Part shown: positions 9,612 through 18,409 of the stretch, in pieces
Position numbering within the stretch: position 1 is the stretch's first letter
Layout of the letters: the number at the start of each line of letters is the position of its first letter
From: a virus
Taxonomy: Duplodnaviria; Caudoviricetes
IMG/VR virus record: IMGVR_UViG_3300049019_000116
Coordinates: 1-42,908 of that record
Direction: 5' to 3' (one strand)
Length of the DNA stretch: 42,908 bases
The notes under the pieces: generated by a model
What the model was told of the DNA's origin: nothing
Seen by the model: only the letters and a program-made list of their open reading frames with translations
Databases searched by the model: none
Translations under genes and position numbers: made by a program

Positions 9612-10778
9612 TTAAAAAATATTATCCATCAACTTCAACTGTTCTTTCTTCCTGGCGTCGGTAATGTGAACATAAATCATCGTTGTCTGAATTTTAGAGT
9701 GTCCCATTATCTGTTGAAGAACCTCTACACTTCCTCCTGATTCCAGGAACATAGTAGCAAAGGTATGCCGGCCGACGTGGTTGGTAAGCTTCTTTTTTAT
9801 CTCAAGCTCAGAGGCAATATCCTTTAAAACCCTGTTGCAGTATTGTTCGGCGTACTCTTTGAACAACTCTTCTATATCATTGTCAACCAAAAATTTCTTA
9901 GCCATTTCAGTCAAAGGAATCCTGAGGATCTTATTTCTCTTCCTGTTTTTGTGGGGAATAAAAACCAGCTCATTGTTTATAATATTACTTTTCCCAATCT
10001 TCTTTACATCCGATATCCGGAGGGAAGTAAAACAAGTAAATAGAAACTGTCTAAGTATTAAGTTCCAGCTTTTCTTTATCCCTGGTGTCATCCACAAGTC
10101 ATACATCTGTTTAAGTTCAGACTTGGTCAAAAACTCTATATCAGGATTTTTGTATTTGATCCCTTTGTAATTATCGAAAGGATAATCGAATACTATCATC
10201 TCTTCGCGGGCGTGGTTGCAGTAGGTACGGAAGTCCTTCAGCCTTGCCCATATCGTGTTGTTAGAAGACTTGTACTTCAGCTTCAACCAGTATTCGTATT
10301 GCTCAAGAAGCTTTTCATTGATCTCAAGAAACATAAGAGGGTTCCTGAATTCCTTCAGCTTGTTGAAGCTGGTAGTGTGCGTTTTCAGTGTGAGGTACTC
10401 AATACGTTTCCTTTTGTACAGCTCCTTCATTTTAGACTCCCAATATGCAATAAAATCAAGCTTTGAAGTGCCATTATTGTAGTGCTCGAAGAAAGTATCC
10501 ATTGTCATAGTCTTTCCTGAGAGCCGGAATAATTTGAAAATATCGTTGATCTTCGATTTTTCAGAATTGATAATAATTGAATAATCATTAAAATCCTGAT
10601 CAACCTTTGATCTTTTTACTATTGAACCGTCCCTAAAATGGCTTACAGGCCAAAATATTTTTAGAGGAATCCGCTTGATTTTTTTATTAATAATGACCTG
10701 AATGTACAAAGAAGCCGTTCCATCGGGCCTTTCAGCATCCTTCCGGATACACAATTTAAATGAGCAACTGAGTTCCAT
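9612..10778 (-). CDS. int: Tyrosine recombinase / phage integrase
   Basis: N-terminal arm-binding domain; catalytic LRISD, HVGRHTFAT, MGHSKIQTTMIY. Confidence 0.95.
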   Translation of the reverse strand: MELSCSFKLCIRKDAERPDGTASLYIQVIINKKIKRIPLKIFWPVSHFRDGSIVKRSKVDQDFNDYSIIINSEKSKINDIFKLFRLSGKTMTMDTFFEHYNNGTSKLDFIAYWESKMKELYKRKRIEYLTLKTHTTSFNKLKEFRNPLMFLEINEKLLEQYEYWLKLKYKSSNNTIWARLKDFRTYCNHAREEMIVFDYPFDNYKGIKYKNPDIEFLTKSELKQMYDLWMTPGIKKSWNLILRQFLFTCFTSLRISDVKKIGKSNIINNELVFIPHKNRKRNKILRIPLTEMAKKFLVDNDIEELFKEYAEQYCNRVLKDIASELEIKKKLTNHVGRHTFATMFLESGGSVEVLQQIMGHSKIQTTMIYVHITDARKKEQLKLMDNIF

Positions 10779-10779
10779 T

Positions 10780-10947
10780 TGGTAAATGGGTGGTAAATTA
10801 TGTTAGGTTTTTCAGGCGCTGGTAAACCTTTGGTAAACGTTTTTCAGTAAAAAAGCCTGATATAATCAGGCTTTCAAGGTGTTTTGGTAGTCCCGACGCC
10901 TAGTGAACTACCTATGAGTATCAACTAGTTATAATATTTATGGTAAA
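10780..10947. other. attP region: tRNA-3'-end core plus TGGTAAA arm-type repeats
   Basis: Minus strand CGTCGGGACTACCA at 10885-10898; TGGTAAA at 10780, 10791, 10820, 10831 and 10941. Confidence 0.75.
10849..10874 (-). terminator. Intrinsic terminator downstream of the tRNA 3' fragment
   Basis: aaagcctgat-ata-atcaggcttt hairpin with a T run on the minus strand. Confidence 0.75.
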
Positions 10948-10964
10948 CCATGGGGATTTTTATA

Positions 10965-11498
10965 CTACCATTCCTCGCTTTTTGCGGCTGAAGTTTCAGC
11001 AGTTTTCAGGCTCGTGATCATGGCTAAAACCTTTTCTTCGGTTTGGGTTTTTATAGCCGCCCATGTTTTTTTAGTCATTGCCATTCCACCGCAATCAGGC
11101 TTTTCGTTTTCCAAATTGCCGCCAGGGCTTTTTGCGCTATGGGTTAAGCCTGTGATGTCGTACTTAAACTTGTTATCCTTGAATGACACTTCTATTGTAA
11201 AGGATACAGGGCCGCCGTTTGAAGTATGAATTCCAGATGCGCCACAGATGGTGCAATTAGATTCAATCATTATAGCGCCTTTGCCAATGATTTTACCGGC
11301 GTCTTTATCGTCCATTTGGATAACATTATTGGCTGACTTAAATGTTTTCGCAAACCACGACTTCCCTCGAATATACAATTCGTCCTTTGTGACATTTGGT
11401 ACTTCGACAACTTCCGAAAAAGTCCAGTTTGTTCGTGATTCCTGAGAAAATGAAACAGTGGTGATAAACACCAGTACTAGCGTAATTAATTTATTCAT
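10965..11498 (-). CDS. Secreted DUF4468-like protein
   Basis: Signal peptide ending SFS-Q; motifs TKDELY..KSWF, DKDAGKIIGKG and FKDNKFKY. Confidence 0.75.
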   Translation of the reverse strand: MNKLITLVLVFITTVSFSQESRTNWTFSEVVEVPNVTKDELYIRGKSWFAKTFKSANNVIQMDDKDAGKIIGKGAIMIESNCTICGASGIHTSNGGPVSFTIEVSFKDNKFKYDITGLTHSAKSPGGNLENEKPDCGGMAMTKKTWAAIKTQTEEKVLAMITSLKTAETSAAKSEEW

Positions 11499-11511
11499 AT
11501 ATAAATTGGGG

Positions 11512-11877
11512 TTAATTGATTCCTCCTTGTTTTTCTAAAAGCTGAGTGTATTTTTCGAACAGAGTGATGTATTTTATCCTCATCTGTTCGAGCTTCTTTT
11601 TGCACTCAGGAAGATTGTAATTATCCAACTCTGCCTCTTCGGCAGAACTGATATCTTCTGATATGATGTAAGTTTTTTTCCTGAGTTCAGGAAAATCAAT
11701 TGAAAAGTCATGGTTTATTATTTTCCCCAATTGGAAAATAAATTCCCACCCCAAATTCACCTCTTCAAGTTTATTGTAAAGAGTACCCCTAGAAATGCCT
11801 AATCGATCAGCAAGAGTGCTCTTATTAAAGCCACTTTTATCTATTTCCTTTCTTACAATTTCTCCTCGGTGAATCAT
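11512..11877 (-). CDS. CI-like XRE helix-turn-helix repressor
   Basis: HTH KSTLADRLGISRGTLYN; divergent from a Cro-like gene; ATG 11877 (MIHRGE) preferred to TTG 11907; no peptidase domain. Confidence 0.8.
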   Translation of the reverse strand: MIHRGEIVRKEIDKSGFNKSTLADRLGISRGTLYNKLEEVNLGWEFIFQLGKIINHDFSIDFPELRKKTYIISEDISSAEEAELDNYNLPECKKKLEQMRIKYITLFEKYTQLLEKQGGIN

Positions 11878-11985
11878 GTAAGCAAAATTGTGTAACATTT
11901 TGAACAATTATGAGTACAATATTTAAACAGTTTTGTTTGATATGTCCGTTGTTTTGAACATATTTGTATAACCAAAGAGAAAAAA
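11878..11985. promoter_or_regulatory. Divergent lysis/lysogeny switch region
   Basis: Rightward TTTG(11936-39)-N19-CATATTTG; leftward CAATTTTG (11883-11890); TTTTGAACA repeated at 11898 and 11952, TTTAAACA at 11922. Confidence 0.6.
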
Positions 11986-12246
11986 ATGCGAAATCAAGAA
12001 TCTGACACAATCAAAAAGAGTACCAATGTTAGAATAAAGGTAGCTCAGCTTAAATCCGCCCTTCCAAGGGGATATACAAAAATCGTTGAGGATAAGCTAA
12101 AAGTAAGCCGTAAAACGGTTTCCCAAGTAATCAATGACTTCGACACATCTCACCCCGTGATGGACGAACTTATTTCTCTTGCGGAAAAGGAAGCAGAGAG
12201 AAGAAAAGATCTCGAACGAAAACTAGAAACCTTAATAAGCCAATAA
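11986..12246 (+). CDS. Cro-like HTH regulator
   Basis: IVEDKLKVSRKTVSQVIN HTH; first rightward gene. Confidence 0.7.
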   Translation: MRNQESDTIKKSTNVRIKVAQLKSALPRGYTKIVEDKLKVSRKTVSQVINDFDTSHPVMDELISLAEKEAERRKDLERKLETLISQ

Positions 12247-12248
12247 AA

Positions 12249-12761
12249 ATGAAAACAGAATTAATAAAATTCCACGATAGCGAAATACTCGCCGTAGAAG
12301 TATCAGGACAATGGTGGATTGCCATTAAACCAATAGCCGAAGCCATCGGATTAAATGCCCAGTCAGCACAAAGAGGGATTAAAAACGATGAAATTCTGGG
12401 TGAGGTATGTACTGATCAGTACGCACCAGATGCCAAAAATGTACTTCAACCTATGTTTTGTGTACCCATTGAGTACATTCAAGGATGGCTTTTCGGGATT
12501 GAAACTGGGAAAGTAAAGCCAGAAATACGACCGAAGCTCATCCTCTTCAAAAAAGAATGCTACAAAGTCCTCTTCAACCACTTCTACGGAAAAAATCAAC
12601 TCATCAATTCCAGTCTGGAAGAGCGTTACCGCTTAGCTACCTACCTTAAAAAACTAAATAAACTCATCAACAGGCTTATGAAAAGGCACAAGGAAGTTGA
12701 GAGGGAGATCCTCTTGATCGACAACCAGAATTATTCTCAGCTTGGTTTATTCAGCAAATAG
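12249..12761 (+). CDS. Antirepressor with P22 AR N-terminal domain
   Basis: IAIKPIAEAIGL, GWLFGI..KVKPEIRPKL..FKKECYKVLFNHF. Confidence 0.85.
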   Translation: MKTELIKFHDSEILAVEVSGQWWIAIKPIAEAIGLNAQSAQRGIKNDEILGEVCTDQYAPDAKNVLQPMFCVPIEYIQGWLFGIETGKVKPEIRPKLILFKKECYKVLFNHFYGKNQLINSSLEERYRLATYLKKLNKLINRLMKRHKEVEREILLIDNQNYSQLGLFSK

Positions 12762-12762
12762 A

Positions 12763-12942
12763 ATGGAAGACATCCTCACATCAATCAGCAGTTACCAGGT
12801 AGCGCTTAATATTCTCAATAAAATAACAGTGACGGAAGAAAATAGGCACAAGATTGTGCCTGCAAAGGTGGACATCCATACTCAGATCCATAAACTAGAA
12901 CTGAAGGTTGTCTTGACACGCGCCAAACAAAACAGCCAGTAA
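12763..12942 (+). CDS. Hypothetical protein
   Basis: ATG (MEDIL) just after the antirepressor stop. Confidence 0.5.
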   Translation: MEDILTSISSYQVALNILNKITVTEENRHKIVPAKVDIHTQIHKLELKVVLTRAKQNSQ

Positions 12943-13057
12943 AAGTTTACTGGCTGAAGGTAAGAGCAGTTTCGAATTCGCGCCAACGATTGAAGCTTCT
13001 CCCACCTACGGCGATCAAATAATAAGGTTTCATTTTTCTACATAAAAATTTCATCAC

Positions 13058-13417
13058 ATGATGAAGCTGAATCATTCGCACTTATGGAAAGTAAAATCAC
13101 ATTATTTACCAAGCTCGCTCCGCGACAAGCAAAGATTAATCGTGTTTGCCGCTTCCTGGCTTCTCATATGGGTAAAACTGTGGTTCTTGAATCGATCGAT
13201 AAACTCAAAAATAAAAAACATGATAGCTCAACGAAGTAACCCATTGACCTCATTGCCTTATCTCATGAACCTGCACCGAAGACTCAACAAGCGTCTTCGT
13301 GTCGTGAGGGACACAGAACCCAATGAGGAAATAAAGCTTAAGCGTAGAATCTCTCTCACCGAAATGATGATGGACGCTTACCTACCTGAAGACGAAGACC
13401 AACTTTTAAAACACTAA
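13058..13417 (+). CDS. Hypothetical protein (start uncertain; possibly MIAQR at 13220)
   Basis: ORF in the early operon; A-rich leader precedes the internal ATG. Confidence 0.45.
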   Translation: MMKLNHSHLWKVKSHYLPSSLRDKQRLIVFAASWLLIWVKLWFLNRSINSKIKNMIAQRSNPLTSLPYLMNLHRRLNKRLRVVRDTEPNEEIKLKRRISLTEMMMDAYLPEDEDQLLKH

Positions 13418-13424
13418 AGACATA

Positions 13425-13745
13425 ATGAATATCAGGAAAACAAAGAAATGCCACATGTGCAATGAGGAAAAGCCTTGGAGTGCATTTCATAAAGACAGTT
13501 ACAGTAGCGATCTGCACCATTCAAAATGCAAGGAATGTAGAAAGGAGTTTAGAGAAACGACAAAACAGTGCAACAACTGCAACAAGTACCTGAAAAGAGA
13601 ACAATTCTTTAAGCACACCAGCTCAAGGGATGGCCTTGCATATACATGTAAATCGTGCATAAACAAAGACAGACCAACCACAAGGAAGGAAAGAACGCTA
13701 CTCCGGATTATAAAAAAGTATAACATATCAAACTTCACATTATGA
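13425..13745 (+). CDS. Tandem zinc-finger protein with two Cys4 modules
   Basis: KKCHMC...KCKEC and KQCNNC...TCKSC. Confidence 0.7.
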   Translation: MNIRKTKKCHMCNEEKPWSAFHKDSYSSDLHHSKCKECRKEFRETTKQCNNCNKYLKREQFFKHTSSRDGLAYTCKSCINKDRPTTRKERTLLRIIKKYNISNFTL

Positions 13746-13873
13746 GACCTGAAAATGATTATCAGGCGATATTTTACATCGTCCTTGCCATTATTATCTG
13801 CACTTTTTCATTTGCCTGGGTAGTGACCGAGGTGTACTTCTATTTTGTTCGTCGTCGCATTAAGAAACTATAG
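13742..13873 (+). CDS. 43-aa single-TM protein (absent from the ORF track)
   Basis: ATGA overlap; MRPENDYQAIFYIVLAIIICTFSFAWVVTEVYFYFVRRRIKKL; fills the gap to 13876. Confidence 0.6.
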   Translation: MRPENDYQAIFYIVLAIIICTFSFAWVVTEVYFYFVRRRIKKL

Positions 13874-13875
13874 CC

Positions 13876-14079
13876 ATGCCGGAAGCAATCTCAAAACCTA
13901 AACCGCAGGAGCTCGATATGGAAACCCTGCAGGATGTAATCGACCGGATGATCAAGTACGGAGATGAATACCTATTCCAGATCAACATGCTGAATAGAAA
14001 GTACCAGGTGAAATATGATCTGGTAGATCAGGCAAGAGTGTATAAGGAACCTTTAAAAAATGTAAAACAATGGAAGTAG
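13876..14079 (+). CDS. Hypothetical protein
   Basis: Tightly packed ORF in the operon. Confidence 0.55.
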   Translation: MPEAISKPKPQELDMETLQDVIDRMIKYGDEYLFQINMLNRKYQVKYDLVDQARVYKEPLKNVKQWK

Positions 14080-14429
14080 AAATTATAGACTTTTATGCAT
14101 CTAATGCGCCATCTGTTCCAGACTGGTTTAAACATTCAATGTCCCCAGAGCCGACACTGCCTATCCCCATGTGTGAAAATGGAAGGTTTTCAAAATTAGA
14201 ACAGGATACTATAAAAAATTTCTGGATTGACGAATGTGACGAATGGCACCCAGAACATGAATCAGCAATACCTGAAGATCTTAAAAATAAGGTTGCAGAA
14301 TTCCTTAAAGAGTGGGATGAAAAATATAAAGCAATAGCGGCTTGGAGATATAGGGATAAAATTGAAAGGATAACCCAATGGAGGTTTTTCTATGCCAATG
14401 AAATGATAAAAAAACGAATGTCCTCCTGA
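14070..14429 (+). CDS. Hypothetical phage protein
   Basis: DFYASNAP...QWRFFYANEMIK resembles small phage proteins of unknown function. Confidence 0.6.
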   Translation: MEVEIIDFYASNAPSVPDWFKHSMSPEPTLPIPMCENGRFSKLEQDTIKNFWIDECDEWHPEHESAIPEDLKNKVAEFLKEWDEKYKAIAAWRYRDKIERITQWRFFYANEMIKKRMSS

Positions 14430-14464
14430 TACCCCATACCTCTAACCTGATACTCACCAACCAA

Positions 14465-17446
14465 ATGTCTCATATTTCCTTTTTTCAAAATGGCATTAAA
14501 CAAAAGAAGCCTACGATCGATACGAGTATCGACAAGGTATTACACGCATTCAAACATGGCACATACAAAGACTTAATACTGAAGATCAGGGCGACGGATA
14601 ATAAAAGTATCCTGAAGACCTTAAAAGCTGATTTGCCTTATGTCACTTTCTCCGGCACTTTTACCAACCGGGCAGTTGAAAACCTTATCAATCATTCGGG
14701 GTTTATCTGTCTCGACTTCGACGACCTCGAACCGTACGAACATGCTGTTAAAAAATTAAATCAGGATCAGTTCTGCGCTGATTTTGAGGAGCTTTCGACG
14801 CTTGAGAATGCGATAAAAAAAGTAAATGCAGACAAGTATACATATAGCTCATTCATAAGCCCATCAGGAAAAGGGCTGAAGGTGTTGGTGAAAATTGATC
14901 CAACAAAACACCTCGAATCTTTCCTTTTCCTGGAAGAACATTTTAATGTGAGTCATAGGTTAGTAGTAGACAAGTCCGGGAAAGATGTATCCCGGGCCTG
15001 TTTTGTCTCCTATGACGAGAACTTATTTCTCAACCCCGAGTCCGAAACTGTTGTTATCACAAAGGGGGGCGAAGACCCTGGTATGAATACACCCCCCACA
15101 CCCCCCATTGGAGAAGCTTATAAGCAATCGATTTTTGTGCAGCTGGATGAAGAAACCGGCGAACTGATCGAATTGACTGGGAAAGAGGGCTGGGATTGGA
15201 AGAGAAACAGATATTACGAACGCGCCATCCAGGTAGTGGACCGCATCATGGAGGCGAAAAAGGATATCACTTCTGCCTATGACAACTGGTTGCAGATCGG
15301 TTTTGCCTTTTCTGTCTTTGGTGAATTAGGTAGACCGTTATTTCATAAGGTCAGTTCCTTCCATCCCGACTACAAGGAAAAGGATGTGGACGACAAGTTC
15401 ACCAATGCCATCAAAACCTCGAAGTTTACCACTCCCGATATTTTTTTCAAGATCGTAAAGGATTATGGAATCGATAACCGGTATATCAAAACCATTCAAC
15501 CAGGTGTGGCCGAAGGTGCGGAGGGAAAAGGATATGAAGACTGGTCTTATATTCTTCCTTTCGACGATTGGAAAGTAACGCCCGAGATGAAAAAGGAAAT
15601 CAATCAATATGGTTTCATTGAGAAGGAAAACCAGTATTTCTATGCGAAGTACGAATTCAAATCCAAGACCATATCGATCAATAATATTTCGAACTTCGTG
15701 ATCAAACCGCTTTTCCTGATCCAGTCCAACACTGATCCGAAAAGGCTTTTCGAGATCCGTAACAAATACAACCTTAGTAAAATCATCGATGTGCCGGCAA
15801 AGGCGCTGGTGAGTATTACCGAATTCAATTCATTCGTCGAGGGCAAAGGAAACTACCTGATGAATGCCAGTAAGATCGAGTTTCACCGGATCAAGGAAAA
15901 ACTATACGACCTTACCAAAGACGCCGAGGAAATAAAAACACTGGGCTGGCACAAAGACGGGTTCTATGCATTCGCCAATGGGATATACAATTCCAGGTTT
16001 ACCGGTGTGGATGATTTTGGAATCATAGCGCACAAGATTGAGACAGAAAACGGCGAGGAAGACCGCCACTACTTCATCCCGGCAATGTCTTCCATCTATA
16101 GAAACGAAGATGAATCTTACGAAATGGAAAAGAAATTTGTATACGTGCCCAGGCCAGATGTGAAGTTCAGGGATTGGGCTGAGCTCTTCTGCAAGGTGCA
16201 CAAGGAAAACGGCCAGATCGGATTGTGTTATTATATCGCGTCTGTCTTCCGGGATATCATTTACCACCGGTTCAAATTTTTCCCGCACCTGTTTTTGTTT
16301 GGCCCTCCTGGTACCGGAAAGTCGAACATGGGCTGGTCTATCTCCTACATGTTTGGCCTCGAAAGAAAACCATTCAACCTAAACGCCGGTACCGCAGTTG
16401 GTTTTCACCGGACCTTTGCGCAGTTCAGGAATGCCGTGGTATGGTTCGATGAGTATTCAAATTCGATAGAGATAAAGAGAATCCAGGATTTGAAAGGCGC
16501 CTACGATGGAGCTGGCCACGTGAAAGGAGAATTCAGCGCCACCGGTGGAAGTAGTAATAAAACCACTTCCACGCCTGTAAACTCCGCCTGTATTATTTCG
16601 GGGCAAGAACTTCCGGTGGCCGATAATGCGCTTTTCAAAAGGGTAATTCTTTGCCAGTACCACCAGACCGAGTTTAGCGAGGAAGAAAGAAAGCTGAATG
16701 ATGACCTGAGGACGTTGCAATCAAAAGGGCTCAGCCATATTTCCGGGAGCCTCAACAAGTTCAGGAAGAAAGTACAGGAAGAATATCACGAAGTATTCAA
16801 TTCGGTAATGAAGGAATTCAATACCGAAATGGGTAAGGATTCTGGTATTGAGGAGCGGATTATGATCAATGCATCTATACCGCTGGCCATGTTCAAACTG
16901 TTGGAAGAGGAATTGCATTTTCCATTTAGCTACAAGGAAATAAAGGAAACATTCTTTGCCAACGTGAGGTCTCAAAACGGCCTGATCAGTAGTGCAAAAG
17001 AAACCAATACATTCTGGGATCAGGTGGATTTCCTTGTCAGCCGTGGAGAGATCAAGGATCAGGAGGATTTCAAGGTGAAGCGTATCCAGTCTGTGAAGGT
17101 GATGAAAGGCCGCGGAGAATCCGAAACAAAGGAATTTGCATTGCCAAAGGATGTACTCTTCCTGTGCATGACCAAAGTACACCCGCTTTACCTGGAATCT
17201 CTGAGGAAACAAGGGCAAAACAAAGGGATGGATAAGAATTCGCTTACCCACTACCTCAGCCATTCGCGCGAATTTATTGGCCTGGTGAATAAAACCACCT
17301 TCAAGATCGGAGACAAAACCACCAGCACTTCCGCCTATGCCTTCGACTACGATTACCTCGAAAAGCTAGGCTACAATTTCCGCAGATTCATAGACGGAGA
17401 TGGAGAAAATGATGAAGATGAGAAACCTGTAAAAGCGCCATTCTGA
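14465..17446 (+). CDS. Primase-helicase: BT4734/VirE N-terminal primase, PriCT-2 and P-loop helicase
   Basis: LPYVTFSG, ICLDFD, FISPSGKGLKV, DKSGKDVSRACF; YDNWLQIGFA (PriCT-2); Walker A GPPGTGKS and Walker B VVWFDE. Confidence 0.88.
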   Translation: MSHISFFQNGIKQKKPTIDTSIDKVLHAFKHGTYKDLILKIRATDNKSILKTLKADLPYVTFSGTFTNRAVENLINHSGFICLDFDDLEPYEHAVKKLNQDQFCADFEELSTLENAIKKVNADKYTYSSFISPSGKGLKVLVKIDPTKHLESFLFLEEHFNVSHRLVVDKSGKDVSRACFVSYDENLFLNPESETVVITKGGEDPGMNTPPTPPIGEAYKQSIFVQLDEETGELIELTGKEGWDWKRNRYYERAIQVVDRIMEAKKDITSAYDNWLQIGFAFSVFGELGRPLFHKVSSFHPDYKEKDVDDKFTNAIKTSKFTTPDIFFKIVKDYGIDNRYIKTIQPGVAEGAEGKGYEDWSYILPFDDWKVTPEMKKEINQYGFIEKENQYFYAKYEFKSKTISINNISNFVIKPLFLIQSNTDPKRLFEIRNKYNLSKIIDVPAKALVSITEFNSFVEGKGNYLMNASKIEFHRIKEKLYDLTKDAEEIKTLGWHKDGFYAFANGIYNSRFTGVDDFGIIAHKIETENGEEDRHYFIPAMSSIYRNEDESYEMEKKFVYVPRPDVKFRDWAELFCKVHKENGQIGLCYYIASVFRDIIYHRFKFFPHLFLFGPPGTGKSNMGWSISYMFGLERKPFNLNAGTAVGFHRTFAQFRNAVVWFDEYSNSIEIKRIQDLKGAYDGAGHVKGEFSATGGSSNKTTSTPVNSACIISGQELPVADNALFKRVILCQYHQTEFSEEERKLNDDLRTLQSKGLSHISGSLNKFRKKVQEEYHEVFNSVMKEFNTEMGKDSGIEERIMINASIPLAMFKLLEEELHFPFSYKEIKETFFANVRSQNGLISSAKETNTFWDQVDFLVSRGEIKDQEDFKVKRIQSVKVMKGRGESETKEFALPKDVLFLCMTKVHPLYLESLRKQGQNKGMDKNSLTHYLSHSREFIGLVNKTTFKIGDKTTSTSAYAFDYDYLEKLGYNFRRFIDGDGENDEDEKPVKAPF

Positions 17447-18408
17447 TGAGACATGGATCATTGTTTTCTGGAATCGGTGGTTTTGATTTAGCCGCTGAAT
17501 GGATGGGTTGGGAAAATGTCTTACACTGTGAGTGGAAAGAATTTAATCAAAAGATTTTAAAATACTACTGGCCAAATGCAACAAGCTACAGCGACATCAC
17601 AAAAACCGACTTCTCAATTCATAGGGGAACAATTGACATTCTTACAGGGGGATTCCCCTGTCAACCCTACAGCCTCTCAGGAAAAAGACTCGGAAAAGAA
17701 GATGATCGCCACCTCTGGCCGGAAATGCTTAGAGCAGTACGAGAAATTCAGCCGCCCTGGGTTGTGGGCGAAAACGTTCGTGGGCTTATTAATTGGAATG
17801 GAGGGTTGGTATTCGAAGAGGTGCAGGCTGAACTGGAAGCTGAAGGGTACGAAGTACAACCGTTTTTACTTCCAGCTGCAGGTGTTGGAGCTCCTCACGA
17901 AAGATATAGAATATGGTTTGTTGCCCACGCCTCTTGCTTCGATGGGAGGAGCAATGAGAGTGGAGGGAAAAACAAAAATTCGAAATGGAAAGATATTCTC
18001 CTCCACAATTCAGGATCTAGCAAAAAGCGGATTACTTCCGACTCCCACGGCAACGAATGCAAAGCAGGGGATGAACTCAACAAACAACAAAGGTGCCCCT
18101 CTGCTTCCAATGGTTGCGGCGCTGTTACCAACGCCAACGGCAAGGGATTGGAAGTCATCAAATGCAAGTCAAGCGACGATGGAAAGAAATTCTCGGCCTT
18201 TAAACGAAACATTAACAGGTGGGAAAGGTGGCCAACTCAATCCCCAATTTGTTCTAGAAATGATGGGATTTCCGCCAGACTGGATGGAATTACCTTTCCA
18301 AAGTGGCGATCAGAATCAATAATGGCCGCAGGTAATGCAATTGTTCCTCAGGTTGCATTGCAGATATTTCAATCGATCCAACAGTACGAAAATTTAAAAT
18401 CCAAATAA
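17446..18408 (+). CDS. C5 cytosine DNA methyltransferase, alpha chain
   Basis: Motifs I FSGIGG, IV GFPCQ, VI ENV, VIII HERYRIWFV and X AGNAIVPQVA; motif IX not evident in this frame. Confidence 0.92.
   Translation: MRHGSLFSGIGGFDLAAEWMGWENVLHCEWKEFNQKILKYYWPNATSYSDITKTDFSIHRGTIDILTGGFPCQPYSLSGKRLGKEDDRHLWPEMLRAVREIQPPWVVGENVRGLINWNGGLVFEEVQAELEAEGYEVQPFLLPAAGVGAPHERYRIWFVAHASCFDGRSNESGGKNKNSKWKDILLHNSGSSKKRITSDSHGNECKAGDELNKQQRCPSASNGCGAVTNANGKGLEVIKCKSSDDGKKFSAFKRNINRWERWPTQSPICSRNDGISARLDGITFPKWRSESIMAAGNAIVPQVALQIFQSIQQYENLKSK
17576..18322 (+). CDS. Overlapping +1-frame beta chain of the methyltransferase (start uncertain)
   Basis: 248-codon nested ORF with three LLPTP repeats, ending in motif-IX-like GQLNPQFVLEMMGFPPDW. 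Confidence 0.7.
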   Translation: MQQATATSQKPTSQFIGEQLTFLQGDSPVNPTASQEKDSEKKMIATSGRKCLEQYEKFSRPGLWAKTFVGLLIGMEGWYSKRCRLNWKLKGTKYNRFYFQLQVLELLTKDIEYGLLPTPLASMGGAMRVEGKTKIRNGKIFSSTIQDLAKSGLLPTPTATNAKQGMNSTNNKGAPLLPMVAALLPTPTARDWKSSNASQATMERNSRPLNETLTGGKGGQLNPQFVLEMMGFPPDWMELPFQSGDQNQ

Positions 18409-18409
18409 T

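Noticed and set aside
10885-10920. Complete tRNA gene
   Set aside because: Only about 14 nt of a 3' end is present; no T-loop or cloverleaf upstream
17446-18408. Restriction-modification system or frameshifted pseudogene
   Set aside because: No adjacent endonuclease; both frames are open and motif X returns in the main frame
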